From: Alphaproteobacteria bacterium
GTDB lineage: Bacteria > Pseudomonadota > Alphaproteobacteria > UBA828
Length of the DNA stretch: 64,000 bases
Direction: 5' to 3'
NCBI GenBank assembly: GCA_965221125.1
Contig: CBDCRW010000004.1
Span: 288,001 to 352,000 of the forward strand
A model generated the notes under the pieces. It searched no databases. It worked only from the letters and a program-made list of their open reading frames with translations, and was not told where the DNA came from. Positions 44,734 to 55,713 of the stretch are shown here, piece by piece (position 1 is the stretch's first letter; every line of letters starts with the position of its first letter). A program made the translations under genes and the position numbers.

Positions 44734-45879
44734 GTGCCCATTCCCTTCCTCACCGGGCTGAGGGTCCTCGACCTCAGCCAGTACATTCCTGGGCCGTACG
44801 GGACGCTGATCCTCGCCGACCTCGGCGCAGAGGTGATCAAGGTCGAGCCGCCGGGCGGCGAGCCCATGCGGGGCGTGGGGCCGAAGGACGACGCCGGCGT
44901 CTCGGTCTGGTACCGGATGGTGAACGGCGGCAAGACGGTGGTCGAGATCGACCTCAAGTCCGAGGGGGGAAAACGCGACTTCCGCGCCCTGGTGGAGCGG
45001 TCGGATGCCTTTCTGGAGTCCTACCGGCCCGGCGTGCTCGACCGCCTCGGCTTCGGCCACGAAGCGCTGCACGAGATGAACTCCGGCATCGTCTCGTGCT
45101 CGCTCTCGGGCTGGGGGCTGGAGGGGCCGTATCGCCTGCGCGGCGGGCACGACATCAATTACATGGGGCTGATGGGCGGGCTGGAGCGCTCCGGCGTGCC
45201 CGAGCGGCCCGTGGTCTCCTTCCCGCCCACCGCCGACTTCGCGAGCGGCATGCAGGCCGCGCTCAGCATCATGGGCGGGCTGCTCGGCCGCAGCCGGAAC
45301 GAAGAGGGGCGGGGTTCCACCATCGACGTCAGCATCGCCGAGACCGTGCTGCCCTGGCAGGTGTGGGCGCTGAACGGGCTCTTCCACGAGGAGTGGGACG
45401 CCCGGCGCGCGGCGCAGTTCCCGAACGGCGGCGCGGCGTTCTACAACATCTACGAGACCGGCGACGGCCGCTTCATCACGCTCGGCGCGCTGGAGGACAA
45501 GTTCTGGGCCAACTTCTGCACCGCCTGCGGCCGGCCGGAGTGGATCGCGCGCCAGTGGGAGCCCCGGCCGCAGGAGGCGCTGATCGGCGAGGTGTCCGCC
45601 TTCGTGCGCGCCCACACGCTCGACGACATGAACCGGATGATGGAGGGCGTCGACTGCTGCTACGAGCCGGTCCATCGCCTGGAAGACGTGCCGGAGCATC
45701 CGCAAATCAAGGCGCGGCAGATGCTGCGCCGGCACGATGCGCCGATGCCGGCCTACGAAATCCTCTTTCCCGGCTGGATCGACGGCGAGCCCCCGCCGCC
45801 GCGCCCGCCGGTCGAATACGTCAGCGCGCCCGACGTGCTCGCCCGCTGGCAGGAATCAGCGGGTCTCGCTGCATCATGA
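44734..45879 (+). CDS. CaiB/BaiF family (class III) CoA-transferase
   Basis: [25 protein letters not shown]. Confidence 0.92.
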   Translation: MPIPFLTGLRVLDLSQYIPGPYGTLILADLGAEVIKVEPPGGEPMRGVGPKDDAGVSVWYRMVNGGKTVVEIDLKSEGGKRDFRALVERSDAFLESYRPGVLDRLGFGHEALHEMNSGIVSCSLSGWGLEGPYRLRGGHDINYMGLMGGLERSGVPERPVVSFPPTADFASGMQAALSIMGGLLGRSRNEEGRGSTIDVSIAETVLPWQVWALNGLFHEEWDARRAAQFPNGGAAFYNIYETGDGRFITLGALEDKFWANFCTACGRPEWIARQWEPRPQEALIGEVSAFVRAHTLDDMNRMMEGVDCCYEPVHRLEDVPEHPQIKARQMLRRHDAPMPAYEILFPGWIDGEPPPPRPPVEYVSAPDVLARWQESAGLAAS

Positions 45880-46163
45880 GCATCGACAAGGACACGGTGG
45901 TGCGGATCGCGCGGCTCTCGCGCATCGCCATGGAGGACGACGCGCTGGAGCCCATGGCGCAGGAGCTGAACGGCATCCTCGCCTGGGTCGAGCAGCTTGG
46001 CGAAGTCGATACCGAGGGCGTCGAGCCGATGACCGGCGCCATCGCTTCGACGCTTCCGCAGCGCGACGACAGCGCGGAGGCGGGGACCGCCACCGACGAC
46101 CTGCTGGCCAACGCGCCGAAGGCGGACGACGGCTTCTTCGTCGTGCCCAAGGTGGTCGAGTGA
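45876..46163 (+). CDS. gatC: Asp/Glu-tRNA amidotransferase subunit C
   Basis: [17 protein letters not shown]...FFVVPKVVE. Confidence 0.95.
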   Translation: MSIDKDTVVRIARLSRIAMEDDALEPMAQELNGILAWVEQLGEVDTEGVEPMTGAIASTLPQRDDSAEAGTATDDLLANAPKADDGFFVVPKVVE

Positions 46164-47647
46164 GCGCGCTCACCCGGCTCACCATCGCCGCTGCCCGCGC
46201 CGGGCTCGCCGCGCACGAATTCTCGGCGCGCGAGCTGGTGGATGCGCACATCGCGGCGATCGAAGGCGAGCGCGACCTCAACGCCTTCGTCGCCGAGACC
46301 TTCGACGCCGCGCGCGCCGGGGCGGACGATGCCGATGCGCGCCTCGCGGCGGGCGAGGGGCGGCTGCTGGAGGGCATCCCGCTCGCCGTCAAGGACCTCT
46401 TCTGCACCCGCGGCGTCCGCAGCCAGGCCTGCTCGAAAATCCTCGACGGCTTCGCGCCCCCTTACGAATCCACCGTCACCGCCAATCTCTGGGCGGCCGG
46501 CGCGCTCATGCTGGGCAAGACCAACATGGACGAGTTCGCCATGGGCTCGGCCAACGTCACCAGCGCCGACGGCCCGGTGATCAACCCCTGGCGGCGCAAG
46601 GGAGACGACAAGCCGCTGGTGCCGGGCGGAAGCTCCGGCGGCTCGGCGGCGGCGGTTGCCGCGCGGCTCTGCCTGGGTGCCACCGGCACCGATACCGGCG
46701 GCTCGATCCGCCAGCCGGGGGCCTTCTGCGGCATCGTCGGCATGAAACCGACCTATGGCCGATGCTCGCGCTGGGGGATGATCGCCTTCGCCTCCTCGCT
46801 CGACCAGGCGGGGCCGCTCACCCGGACGGTCGAGGATGCCGCGCTGATGCTGCAGGCGATGGCGGGCCACGACGGCAAGGATTCCACCTCCATCGACCGC
46901 CCGGTCCCCGACTACGCGGCGAGCGTCGGCGGCGACGTGCGCGGCCTCACCATCGGCGTGCCGGCGGAATACCGGATGGAGGGCATGCCGGCGGAGATCG
47001 AGGCGCTCTGGGAGGAGGGCGTGCAGTGGTTCCGCGATGCGGGTGCCAAGGTCGTGGACATCTCTCTGCCGCTCACCAAGTACGCGCTCCCCACCTACTA
47101 CATCGTGGCACCGGCGGAGGCGTCGTCCAATCTCGCGCGCTATGACGGGGTCCGCTACGGGCTCCGTGTCGAGGGCGACGACCCGACCGAGATGTACGCG
47201 AAGACGCGGGCGGCGGGTTTCGGGCGCGAGGTCCGGCGCCGCATCCTGATCGGCACCTACGTTCTCTCCGCCGGCTACTACGACGCCTACTACCTGAAGG
47301 CGCAGAAGGTGCGGACGCTCATCGCGCGCGACTTCGAGCAGGCGTTCGAGAGCGTGGACGCGGTGCTGACGCCGACCGCGCCGTTCGCCGCCTTCGCCAT
47401 CGGCGAGAAGATGGACGACCCCATCGCCATGTACCTGAACGACGTGTTCACGGTGCCGGCGAGCCTCGCGGGCCTGCCCGCGATCTCGGTGCCGGCGGGG
47501 CTCACGGGCGACGGGCTGCCGCTCGGCCTGCACCTGATCGCGCGGCCTTTCGACGAGCCGACGCTCTTCCGCGCGGCCGGCGTGCTGGAGAGCGCCGCCG
47601 GCTTCAGCCACCGCCCGCCTGCGCGCCCGGCCGGAGGGGCGGCATGA
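46160..47647 (+). CDS. gatA: Asp/Glu-tRNA amidotransferase subunit A
   Basis: [40 protein letters not shown]. Confidence 0.97.
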   Translation: MSALTRLTIAAARAGLAAHEFSARELVDAHIAAIEGERDLNAFVAETFDAARAGADDADARLAAGEGRLLEGIPLAVKDLFCTRGVRSQACSKILDGFAPPYESTVTANLWAAGALMLGKTNMDEFAMGSANVTSADGPVINPWRRKGDDKPLVPGGSSGGSAAAVAARLCLGATGTDTGGSIRQPGAFCGIVGMKPTYGRCSRWGMIAFASSLDQAGPLTRTVEDAALMLQAMAGHDGKDSTSIDRPVPDYAASVGGDVRGLTIGVPAEYRMEGMPAEIEALWEEGVQWFRDAGAKVVDISLPLTKYALPTYYIVAPAEASSNLARYDGVRYGLRVEGDDPTEMYAKTRAAGFGREVRRRILIGTYVLSAGYYDAYYLKAQKVRTLIARDFEQAFESVDAVLTPTAPFAAFAIGEKMDDPIAMYLNDVFTVPASLAGLPAISVPAGLTGDGLPLGLHLIARPFDEPTLFRAAGVLESAAGFSHRPPARPAGGAA

Positions 47648-49107
47648 GCGCGGGCGGCTACCGGATCGCGGGCCGGAGCGGCGCGTGGGAGATCGCCGTC
47701 GGGCTCGAGGTCCACGCCCAGGTGATCTCGGACGCGAAGCTGTTCTCGTCCGCGCCCACCGCCTTCGGCGCCGCGCCCAACAGCCAGGTCTCGCTCGTCG
47801 ATGCCGCGATGCCCGGCATGCTGCCGGTGATCAACCGCCACTGCGTGACGCAGGCCGTGCGCACCGGGCTCGCGCTGGAAGCCGAGATCAACCTGACCTC
47901 GGTGTTCGACCGCAAGAACTACTTTTATCCCGACCTGCCGCCCGGCTATCAGATCTCGCAGTATTCTCGGCCCATCGTGGGCAAGGGCCGGGTCGTGCTC
48001 GACCTCGACGACGGGTCGCAGCGGACCATCGGCATCACCCGGCTGCACCTGGAGATGGACGCCGGCAAGAGCATCCACGACCGCCGCGCGGACGCGACCT
48101 GCGTGGACCTCAACCGCGCCGGCGTCGCGCTGATGGAGATCGTCTCGGAGCCCGACGTCAGGAGCCCGGAGGAAGCCGGCCTCTACCTGCGCAAGCTGCG
48201 CTCGATCCTCCGCTACATCGGCACCTGCGACGGCAACATGGAGCAGGGCTCGCTGCGCGCGGACGTGAACGTCTCGGTGCGCCGGCCGGGGGACGCGCTG
48301 GGCACCCGCTGCGAGGTCAAGAACCTCAACTCCGTCCGCTTCGTCATGAAGGCGATCGAGGTCGAGGCCGAGCGCCAGGTCGCGGTGCTGGAGGAGGGCG
48401 GCGCGATCGAGCTGGAGACCCGCCTCTTCGATCCGGAGCGCGGCGAGACGCGCTCCATGCGCTCCAAGGAGGAAGCCCACGACTACCGCTACTTCCCCGA
48501 TCCCGACCTGCTGCCGCTCACCCTCGACCCCGCCTGGGTCGACGAGCAGCGCGCGGGGCTGCCGGAGCTGCCCGACGCGAGGGCGGCGCGCTTCACGGCG
48601 GACTACGGCCTCTCGGCTTACGACGCCGGCGTGCTCGTGGCGGAGCGCGAGATCGCCGAGTACTTCGAGGCGGTGGCTGCCGGGCGCGACGGCAAGCAGG
48701 CCGCCAATTGGGTCACGGGCACGCTCTTCGGCGCGCTCAACCGGGCCGGCATCGGGATCGAGCAGAGCCCGGTCTCGGCGGCGGCCCTCGGCGCGCTGAT
48801 CGACCGGGTGGCGGACGGCACGGTCTCCAACCGCGCGGCCAGGGACGTGTTCGAGGCCATGGTGTCTTCCGGCAAGGACGCCGACACCATTATCGAGGAG
48901 AAGGGGCTCCGCCAGGTCAGCGACACGGGCGCCATCGAGGCGCTGGTCGATCGGGTGATCGCCGAGAACCCCGACAAGGTCGCCGACTACCGCGGCGGCA
49001 GGACGAAGCTCGCGGGCTGGTTCGTCGGCCAGGTGATGAAGGCCTCCGCCGGCAAGGCCAACCCCAAGGCGGTCAACGCGGCGCTGCGGGCGAAGCTCGA
49101 CGAATAG
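47644..49107 (+). CDS. gatB: Asp/Glu-tRNA amidotransferase subunit B
   Basis: [27 protein letters not shown]. Confidence 0.97.
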   Translation: MSAGGYRIAGRSGAWEIAVGLEVHAQVISDAKLFSSAPTAFGAAPNSQVSLVDAAMPGMLPVINRHCVTQAVRTGLALEAEINLTSVFDRKNYFYPDLPPGYQISQYSRPIVGKGRVVLDLDDGSQRTIGITRLHLEMDAGKSIHDRRADATCVDLNRAGVALMEIVSEPDVRSPEEAGLYLRKLRSILRYIGTCDGNMEQGSLRADVNVSVRRPGDALGTRCEVKNLNSVRFVMKAIEVEAERQVAVLEEGGAIELETRLFDPERGETRSMRSKEEAHDYRYFPDPDLLPLTLDPAWVDEQRAGLPELPDARAARFTADYGLSAYDAGVLVAEREIAEYFEAVAAGRDGKQAANWVTGTLFGALNRAGIGIEQSPVSAAALGALIDRVADGTVSNRAARDVFEAMVSSGKDADTIIEEKGLRQVSDTGAIEALVDRVIAENPDKVADYRGGRTKLAGWFVGQVMKASAGKANPKAVNAALRAKLDE

Positions 49108-49142
49108 GCGGCCGGCGCCGGCCGCGCAGACGGGATTGACGC

Positions 49143-50051
49143 ATGTTCCTGCCGCTCAGGGACGACAATCCGCTTCACCGGATCGGCTTTCAGTTCGTGA
49201 CGGTGGCGTTGATCGCCGCCTGCACCATCGTCTGGATCATCCAGGCCATCGGCGGCGATCAGTTCGATTCCGAGCTGATCTTCCGCCTCGGTATGATCCC
49301 GGTGACGATCCTCGGCGAGCTTCGCCGCGAGCCCGACATGGTGACCGTGACGCCCTGGCTCACCATCGTCACGTCCATGTTCCTGCACGGGGGCTTCATG
49401 CACCTGTTCGGCAACATGATGTACCTCTGGATTTTCGGCGACAACGTCGAAGACGCGATGGGCCACTGGCGCTTCGCGATCTTCTACCTGCTGTGCGGCG
49501 CGGTGGCGGGGCTGACGCATGCTGCCGTCGAGCCCGCCTCGCAGATCCCCACCATCGGCGCGAGCGGCGCGGTCTCCGGCGTGCTCGGCGCCTACTTCAT
49601 GCTGCACCCGAAGCGGGGCGTCTGGATCCTCGTCTTCTTCATGCCGATCCGCTTCCCCGCCTGGGCCGTGCTCGGAGTCTGGATCGGCTACCAGGTGCTC
49701 AACGCGCTCACCGCAGGGCCGGCGGGCGGCGGGGTCGCGTGGTACGCCCATATCGGCGGCTTCGCGGCGGGCGCGCTGCTGGTGGTGCCGCTCAAGAAGC
49801 GCGGCGTGCCGCTCTTCGACCGGGGTTACAGCCGCCCGCGCCGGCGGACGCCCTACCAGCCGCCGCCCGAGGCCGAGACCCCCGGAATGGGACCGTGGGA
49901 GGAGCAGCCTCCCGATCCCGAAGCCGACGGCGATGCGCCGTGGCAGGAGCCGCCTGCCGCCCGGCCCAACGGCGGCGATCCGCAGGACCGGAGCGGCTCG
50001 CGCGGCCCCTGGGGCCGGCGGCCCCGTGGCCCCTGGTCGCGAAAGGACTGA
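49143..50051 (+). CDS. Rhomboid family intramembrane serine protease
   Basis: SMFLHGGFMHLFGNM, GASGAVSG, AHIGGF. Confidence 0.93.
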   Translation: MFLPLRDDNPLHRIGFQFVTVALIAACTIVWIIQAIGGDQFDSELIFRLGMIPVTILGELRREPDMVTVTPWLTIVTSMFLHGGFMHLFGNMMYLWIFGDNVEDAMGHWRFAIFYLLCGAVAGLTHAAVEPASQIPTIGASGAVSGVLGAYFMLHPKRGVWILVFFMPIRFPAWAVLGVWIGYQVLNALTAGPAGGGVAWYAHIGGFAAGALLVVPLKKRGVPLFDRGYSRPRRRTPYQPPPEAETPGMGPWEEQPPDPEADGDAPWQEPPAARPNGGDPQDRSGSRGPWGRRPRGPWSRKD

Positions 50052-50054
50052 GCG

Positions 50055-50261
50055 GTGAGCGCGGGGAAGAAGAGCGACTACTTCGCCGAGCGCATCCGGG
50101 CCGAGCTTGCCTTCGCGCGTTCTCGCGGCGCGCGCGACGCGGAGGCGCTGGCGGAGCACCTCAACGCGCGCGGCTTCCTTACCCGCGACGGGCGCCGGTG
50201 GACGCCTGAGGATGTCGAAGCCGCGACCCGCCGGCCGCCCAGGCAGAAGCCGGGAGACTGA
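50055..50261 (+). CDS. Small protein with a recombinase-like helix-turn-helix motif
   Basis: LAEHLNARGFLTRDGRRWT resembles the 'LN..G..T..G..W' motif of serine recombinase DNA-binding domains. Confidence 0.5.
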   Translation: MSAGKKSDYFAERIRAELAFARSRGARDAEALAEHLNARGFLTRDGRRWTPEDVEAATRRPPRQKPGD

Positions 50262-50266
50262 CTGCG

Positions 50267-51970
50267 CTACTCCGCGGCTTGGGCGGCGTGGCCGTAGCGC
50301 TCGGCGGCGGCGGCCCGGGATACGAAGCCTTCGGCCACGTCGTCCTCCACCAGCGCGCGCTCCCGTTCGGCCACGGGGCCGTATCCCCCGCCACCGCCTG
50401 AGAGCAGGCGCACCCGGTCGCCGCGGCGGATGGAGACGTTGCCGAACTTGCTGGGCGAGACCTTGTCGTAGCCCTCGCACACGTCCTTCCACTCGGTCTC
50501 GTTCGCCTTCTTCACGAGCAGCGCGGCCGAGCCCCCGGCGCCGCCGCCGAGCAGGCCCCACGGCGCCTTGCGGTGGCGGTCGGCCATGTAGCTGATGATG
50601 ATCTCGTCGGCCGTGCATTCCAGCGTCTTGGTCGAGCCGAGGCCGCCCCGGTACTTGCCGGCGCCGCCCGAATCCTCGGTGAGCGAGAGCGTCTCCACGA
50701 TCCAGGGATAGCGGCTCTCGTAGACCTCGACCGGCACCGTGCGACAGTTGCCGTTGATGCAGTTGCACGTGTTGTTGCCGTCGGCGAAGGGGCGCCCGCC
50801 CCAGCCCGCGACCATGAAGTCGTAGCAGACGTAGAACTCGTCGTTCTCGGGGTCGTGGCCGCCGAAGAGGAAGTTGCCGTGGGTGCCGGCATCGGTGGCG
50901 AACGCGCGCTCCGGCAGGCAGCGGGACATCGCGGCGATCACCGTGTAGCAGATGCGCACGTGGGTCTCCGTGTTGCCGCCCACCTCGGGCGCCGGGAAGT
51001 CCACGTTGACCACCGTGGCCGGCCGCGCGAGCACGCGGATCGGCCGGTAGCAGCCGGCGTTGCGCGGGATCGAGGGGTCGGTCAGGTGCAGCATGGCGTT
51101 GTAGGTGGCGGAGCAGGTGACGCCGAGGGTGGCGTTGATCGCGCCCTTGGCCTGCGCGTCCGAGCGGCCGAAGTCGGCGACGATCTCGTCCCCCTGCACC
51201 ACCATGTCGACGGCGATGCGGTAAGGCGTCGGGTCGATCCCGTCGTCCTCCATGTAGTCCTCGAAGGAGTACGTGCCATCGGGGATCGCCGCGATCTCGG
51301 CCCGCATGCGGGATTCGGAATAGTCCATGAGGTCGGCGATCGTCTGCCGGAAGAGCGGCTTGCCGTACTTCCTGATGAGTCCGGCCATGCGCTCGGCGCC
51401 GAGCTCGCAGGCGCTGATCATGGAGCGGTAGTCGCCGTAGTTGTAGCGCGGCGTGCGGACGTTCGCGAGCAGGAGCTTCCACACCTCGTCCACGTCCTTG
51501 CCCTGCTTCTTGATCTTGACCGGGGGCACGCGCAGGCCCTCGTGGAAGATCTCCGTCGCCTCGCTGGCGAAGCCGCCCGGCACCATGCCGCCCACCTCGG
51601 CGACGTGGCCGATTGCCACCGCGTAGCCCATGAACTCGCCGTCAACGAAGAAGGGCGTGAAGAAGGTGTGCTCCGGCGTGTGCAGGCCTCCCCGGTAAGG
51701 GTCGTTGTGCAGGATGACGTCGCCCTCGTGCACCGGCTTGTCGGCCATCTCGCGGATGCAGGACTTGATGAGCAGCGTCATGCCGCCGATCTGCGCCGGG
51801 CAGTAGTCGGCGACCGCGATCATCTCGCCGTCGGCGTCCGCGATAGCGCAGCTGAAGTCGAGGGACTCGTTGAAGATCGTCGAGTACGACGTCTTCATCA
51901 TGGTGATCCCCATCTCCCGGCAGATCGAGAGCATCGTCGATTCGACGATGTTCATGGTGACGACGTCCAT
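50267..51970 (-). CDS. Hydantoinase B / 5-oxoprolinase family protein
   Basis: SYSTIFNESLDFS, NDPYRGGLH, DSGGAGKYRGG, GGGGYG; GAGGAG RBS before ATG 51970. Confidence 0.92.
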   Translation of the reverse strand: MDVVTMNIVESTMLSICREMGITMMKTSYSTIFNESLDFSCAIADADGEMIAVADYCPAQIGGMTLLIKSCIREMADKPVHEGDVILHNDPYRGGLHTPEHTFFTPFFVDGEFMGYAVAIGHVAEVGGMVPGGFASEATEIFHEGLRVPPVKIKKQGKDVDEVWKLLLANVRTPRYNYGDYRSMISACELGAERMAGLIRKYGKPLFRQTIADLMDYSESRMRAEIAAIPDGTYSFEDYMEDDGIDPTPYRIAVDMVVQGDEIVADFGRSDAQAKGAINATLGVTCSATYNAMLHLTDPSIPRNAGCYRPIRVLARPATVVNVDFPAPEVGGNTETHVRICYTVIAAMSRCLPERAFATDAGTHGNFLFGGHDPENDEFYVCYDFMVAGWGGRPFADGNNTCNCINGNCRTVPVEVYESRYPWIVETLSLTEDSGGAGKYRGGLGSTKTLECTADEIIISYMADRHRKAPWGLLGGGAGGSAALLVKKANETEWKDVCEGYDKVSPSKFGNVSIRRGDRVRLLSGGGGGYGPVAERERALVEDDVAEGFVSRAAAAERYGHAAQAAE

Positions 51971-52076
51971 GGGCTCCTCCGCGTCGGTCGGCGCACCTGC
52001 CGGTGCGACACTCCGCCCGATCATTCTAGCGGGCACGGAAGGCGGCGCCCAAGGCTGGCAGTTGCCCGAAGGATGC

Positions 52077-52573
52077 CCTCATTCTCCGAGTGGTTCCTGT
52101 TGTGTGCCGGGATTGACGTCTTGCTTCTCCGGGTTATGGGTTCGGGGCGTTGACGGCGCACGGCGGTGTGCCGGCGCTGTTCGAGCATTTTCGCAGCTCA
52201 GGCGCTGCGGCGGCGGTTGACGTGTCGGTTCCGTACAAGCGTCGCAAGCGGGATCTTTCGGCGAGCGAGATGTGCGAGAGCCTGCTGGCACTGTGGGCCT
52301 GTGGGGGCGAGCCGTGCGAGGACCTGGGTCGTCTGCGCGGTCAGGACGGGTTAGGGCTTCTGTTGGGTCACGGGTTGCCGGCGGCGCAGACGGCCCGGCC
52401 TGCGAACAGTCGCCCATGGCCCGAGCCCGGCGCTGCCGCGCCCATCAGCGCCATCGGGACCGATCCAGGGCGGCCGAGAGGGCGCACCGCCGCCTCCCAA
52501 TCCGCCAACCGCGAAATCTCACGGCCAAAAGCCAAGCAAGCCAACCCGCCAACACCTTACTCGGGGAGTAAGG
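52077..52573 (+). mobile_element. Internally deleted IS1380-family element (non-autonomous, 497 bp)
   Basis: Inverted repeats CCTCATTCTCCGAGT / CCTTACTCCCCGAGT (12/15). Internal peptide LTAHGG...GGEPCEDLGRLR..DGL..LLGHGLPAAQTAR matches the IS1380 transposase N-terminus. Confidence 0.7.
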
Positions 52574-52671
52574 TCCCTCTCGGCGGCGATCCGTCAGGGC
52601 GTCGGTCACGGGGAGCCGGGCGTGGGCCCGCTATCAGTTGCGCGTATTGATTGAGGGGGAGTGGGGTCAGA

Positions 52672-53147
52672 TGCAACCCGTCGATCTGCTTCGGGGTCGA
52701 TTCCTACGTGGGCTCGATCACGCCGGGGAAGCTTGCGGACCTGGTGTTCTGGCGGCCCGAGTTCTTCATCGCGAAGCCCGAGGTGACGCTGAAGGGGGCT
52801 TCATCTCGCACGCGGTGATGGGGGACCCGGCAGGCTCGCTGATGACGGGCCAGCCGCTCAAGTACCGGCCGCAGTACGGCTCGCTCGGCGTGAACCCGAA
52901 GCGGACGAGCTATTCGTTCGTGACGAAGGCCGCGCTCGACAACGGCCTCGCGGACCAGATCGAGACGCAGACGCTCGTGCCGGTGAAGCGGTGCCGGACG
53001 ATCTCCAAGCGCGACATGATCCACAACGACGCGCTGCCGGATATCGAGATCGACCCCGAGACCTACAACGTCTACGTCGACGGCGAGCGCATCACCGTGA
53101 AGCCCGCCAAGACGCTCCCGCTCACGCAGCTCTTCTACTTCAGGTAG
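52672..53147 (+). pseudogene. ureC: Urease alpha subunit 3' fragment, with frameshift
   Basis: [38 protein letters not shown] | [14 protein letters not shown]...IEIDPETYNVYVDGE...LPLTQLFYF; frame change in the G run near 52795. Confidence 0.88.
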
Positions 53148-53330
53148 AAGACGGCAACCCAAACGGCACGCGCGATGGCGGTGGATTGCATCGCGGCGGT
53201 CGCAGCGCTCACACGGCGGAGCGTCGGCTTCCGCTGCGCCTTTCGCCTCGGATAAACCGCCCGGCCCATTGTCTCGTGTCGTTCGGCCTGCGCACGCTTG
53301 CCATCGGATCCGACGGAATGGAGCCCGCGC

Positions 53331-54236
53331 CTAACGGACGCTGCCGCCTTGCAGTCTGTCGGAAAGGTCGTGTCGGGCTTCGCCCCGGTCTACCTCCGGC
53401 CCGTATCGAGCGAGGCGCCGCTCCATGATCTCCACCGCTTCCGGGCTGTCGTCGACCAGGAGGCACGAGCGGCCGTGCCTGGCGGCGGCTTCGCCGAAGG
53501 TGCCGGAGCCCGCGAAGAAATCCAGCAGCCGATCGCCCGGCGACGAGTGGACCTTGACGATGCGCTCCAGCAGCCCGAGCGGCTTCTGGGTGGCGTAGCC
53601 GGTCTTCTCCTTCGAGTTGGTCGGCACGATGGTGTGCCACCAGACGTCGGTCGGTGTCTTGCCCTTCGCCGCCTTCTCGGCCCCCACCAGCGCCGGCGCC
53701 ATGTAGGGGATGCGGTCGATCTCTTCGAAGTTGAAGGTGTATTCTGCCGGGTCCTTCGCGTACCAGAGAATGGTGTCGTGCTTGGCCGGCCAGCGGTTCT
53801 TGGGACGCCCACCGTAGTCGTAGGCCCAGATGATTTCGTTGATAAAGCACTCGCGGCCGAAGATGCCGTCGAGCAGCACCTTGCAGTAGTGCGCCTCGCG
53901 GTAATCGATGTGGAAGAAGAGCGAGCCCGTGGCGGCCAGCACGCGGTGGGCTTCCACCAGACGCGGCTCGAGGAAGGACAGGTAGTCGTCGAAGCTGTCG
54001 GCGTAGCCGGTGGCGCCCACGGTCGTCGTTCGGTAGCGCCTGCCCTGAAAGCCGGTCCGGTCGCCTGCCGCATCCCGTTCAGAGCGGATCGTGACCCGGT
54101 TCCGGGCCCGGCCGGTGTTGAACGGCGGATCGATGTAGATCAGGTCGATGCTGCCTGAGGCGAGCGAACGCAGAACCGTCAGGTTGTCGCCGTGGACGAT
54201 CCGCAGCGTCGCGCCATCCGTTCCGCCATGCTCCAT
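53331..54236 (-). CDS. Orphan beta-class N6-adenine/N4-cytosine DNA methyltransferase
   Basis: DLIYIDPPF (motif IV) precedes TQKP and LDFFAGSGT (motif I). Confidence 0.92.
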   Translation of the reverse strand: MEHGGTDGATLRIVHGDNLTVLRSLASGSIDLIYIDPPFNTGRARNRVTIRSERDAAGDRTGFQGRRYRTTTVGATGYADSFDDYLSFLEPRLVEAHRVLAATGSLFFHIDYREAHYCKVLLDGIFGRECFINEIIWAYDYGGRPKNRWPAKHDTILWYAKDPAEYTFNFEEIDRIPYMAPALVGAEKAAKGKTPTDVWWHTIVPTNSKEKTGYATQKPLGLLERIVKVHSSPGDRLLDFFAGSGTFGEAAARHGRSCLLVDDSPEAVEIMERRLARYGPEVDRGEARHDLSDRLQGGSVR

Positions 54237-54315
54237 GACAGGCGCAAAGTGGCCCAGCGCCGCGCCCGACGCAACGCACTGCGTGCGGGAGGAGACTTTC
54301 GCCGACGCGACTGGC

Positions 54316-55713
54316 TTACGCGGTCATTGCGCGCAGGCCGTCCTCGAAGAAGAATTTTTGCTCGCCGAAGGCGGGCTCCAGCTGGTCGAGCCACGTGGCC
54401 TTCGGATCGAAGCGGGCGAAGAAGGGCCGGCCGACCCAGTCGGGATCGCGGCCCTGCAGGAAGCGCAGCACAAGGACCTTCTCGCCGGCGACCTCTTGTA
54501 CGCCGAGCACCTCCACCTTGCCTGGCGTGGCGCTCATGCTCGGCCCCCGCACCGTGCGGCCCAGGCCCGAGACCTGCGCGACCGCACCCCGGAAGACCTC
54601 CCAGCAGCGCGCCAGCGGCACCTCGAAGTAGTGCCGGGGTCCGGTGTCCCGCTCCACGAACATGTAGTAGGGGATGACGCCGAGGCGCACCTGCTCGCGC
54701 CACATCCGCGCCCAGATGTCGGACTCGTTGTTGATGTTGGCGAGCAGCGGCGCCTGGCTGCGGATGACCGCGCCGGTGCTGCGGATGCGGCGGATCGCCT
54801 CCTGCACCACCTCGGTGCGCATCTCCTGCCAGTGGTTGAAGTGGGCCATGATCGCGACATGCCGGCCGGAGCGGACGAGGTCCTCCATCAGGCGCAGCAG
54901 GTCGTCCGCATCCTCGTCGTTGACGAAGCGGTGCGGCCAGAAGGTGAGCGCCTTGGTGCCGACCCGGATGTTCTGCACGTGGGCCAGCGCGGGGTCGTCG
55001 ATGAAGGCCCGCATGTAGCCTTCCATCACCCGGGTCTTCATGATCATCGGGTCGCCGCCCGTGAACAGGACGTCCGAGATATTCGGATGGTCGCCGAGAT
55101 AACGGTGCATGTTGACCGCATCCTTTGACGCGATCTTCAGCTCCTTATCGCCCACGAATTGCGCCCAGCGGAAGCAGAAGGTGCAGTAGGCGTGACAGGT
55201 CTGACCCTGGCTCGGGAAGAACAGCATAGTCTCGCGATACTTGTGCTGGAGTCCTTCCAGAGTCTCGCCTTCTTCCTGCGGAATGTTGAGCTCGCGCTGA
55301 CCGGCCGGATGCGGGTTGAGCTTAGTGCGGATATCGGTCGCCGCGCGCTCGATTTCCTGCGGCGTGGCGTCGCGCGTCATGAGGTCGGCGATGCGGTTGA
55401 AGTCGCCCTCCTCCAGCATGCCCCGCAGCGGGAACACCAGCCGGTAGACCGGATCGTCCGGCACGCGGTCCCAATCGATCAGGTTCTCGATGACGTAGCT
55501 GTTGGTCCGGAAAGGCAGCACGGCGCTGACGACTTTCATGGCGAACAAGTCGTCGTCCGTGACGTTTCCGTACTGGGAAATCGAGTCGAGATTGCGGCGC
55601 GTCAGCGCCTTGAATTTCGTGGTCTGTCGCGCGGACTCTTTCAGATCGGGCGGACGGTTCGCGCTCGGCCATTCTTGCAGGGCCGCCGTCTGCGGGATCG
55701 CTTGTGCGCTCAC
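54316..55713 (-). CDS. KamA family radical SAM/PLP aminomutase (lysine 2,3-aminomutase-like)
   Basis: GLQHKY, CHAYCTFC, VLFTGGDP, HFNH, SQAPLL, PYYMF, PGKV. Confidence 0.88.
   Translation of the reverse strand: MSAQAIPQTAALQEWPSANRPPDLKESARQTTKFKALTRRNLDSISQYGNVTDDDLFAMKVVSAVLPFRTNSYVIENLIDWDRVPDDPVYRLVFPLRGMLEEGDFNRIADLMTRDATPQEIERAATDIRTKLNPHPAGQRELNIPQEEGETLEGLQHKYRETMLFFPSQGQTCHAYCTFCFRWAQFVGDKELKIASKDAVNMHRYLGDHPNISDVLFTGGDPMIMKTRVMEGYMRAFIDDPALAHVQNIRVGTKALTFWPHRFVNDEDADDLLRLMEDLVRSGRHVAIMAHFNHWQEMRTEVVQEAIRRIRSTGAVIRSQAPLLANINNESDIWARMWREQVRLGVIPYYMFVERDTGPRHYFEVPLARCWEVFRGAVAQVSGLGRTVRGPSMSATPGKVEVLGVQEVAGEKVLVLRFLQGRDPDWVGRPFFARFDPKATWLDQLEPAFGEQKFFFEDGLRAMTA

Noticed and set aside
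53300-53420. attC-like GTTAGGC at the methyltransferase stop
   Set aside because: No matching RYYYAAC inverse core or extended palindrome found upstream on that strand.
54316-55713. Naming the radical SAM gene epmB or kamA
   Set aside because: Longer than EpmB and lacks efp/epmA or lysine-fermentation context; substrate cannot be assigned from sequence alone.
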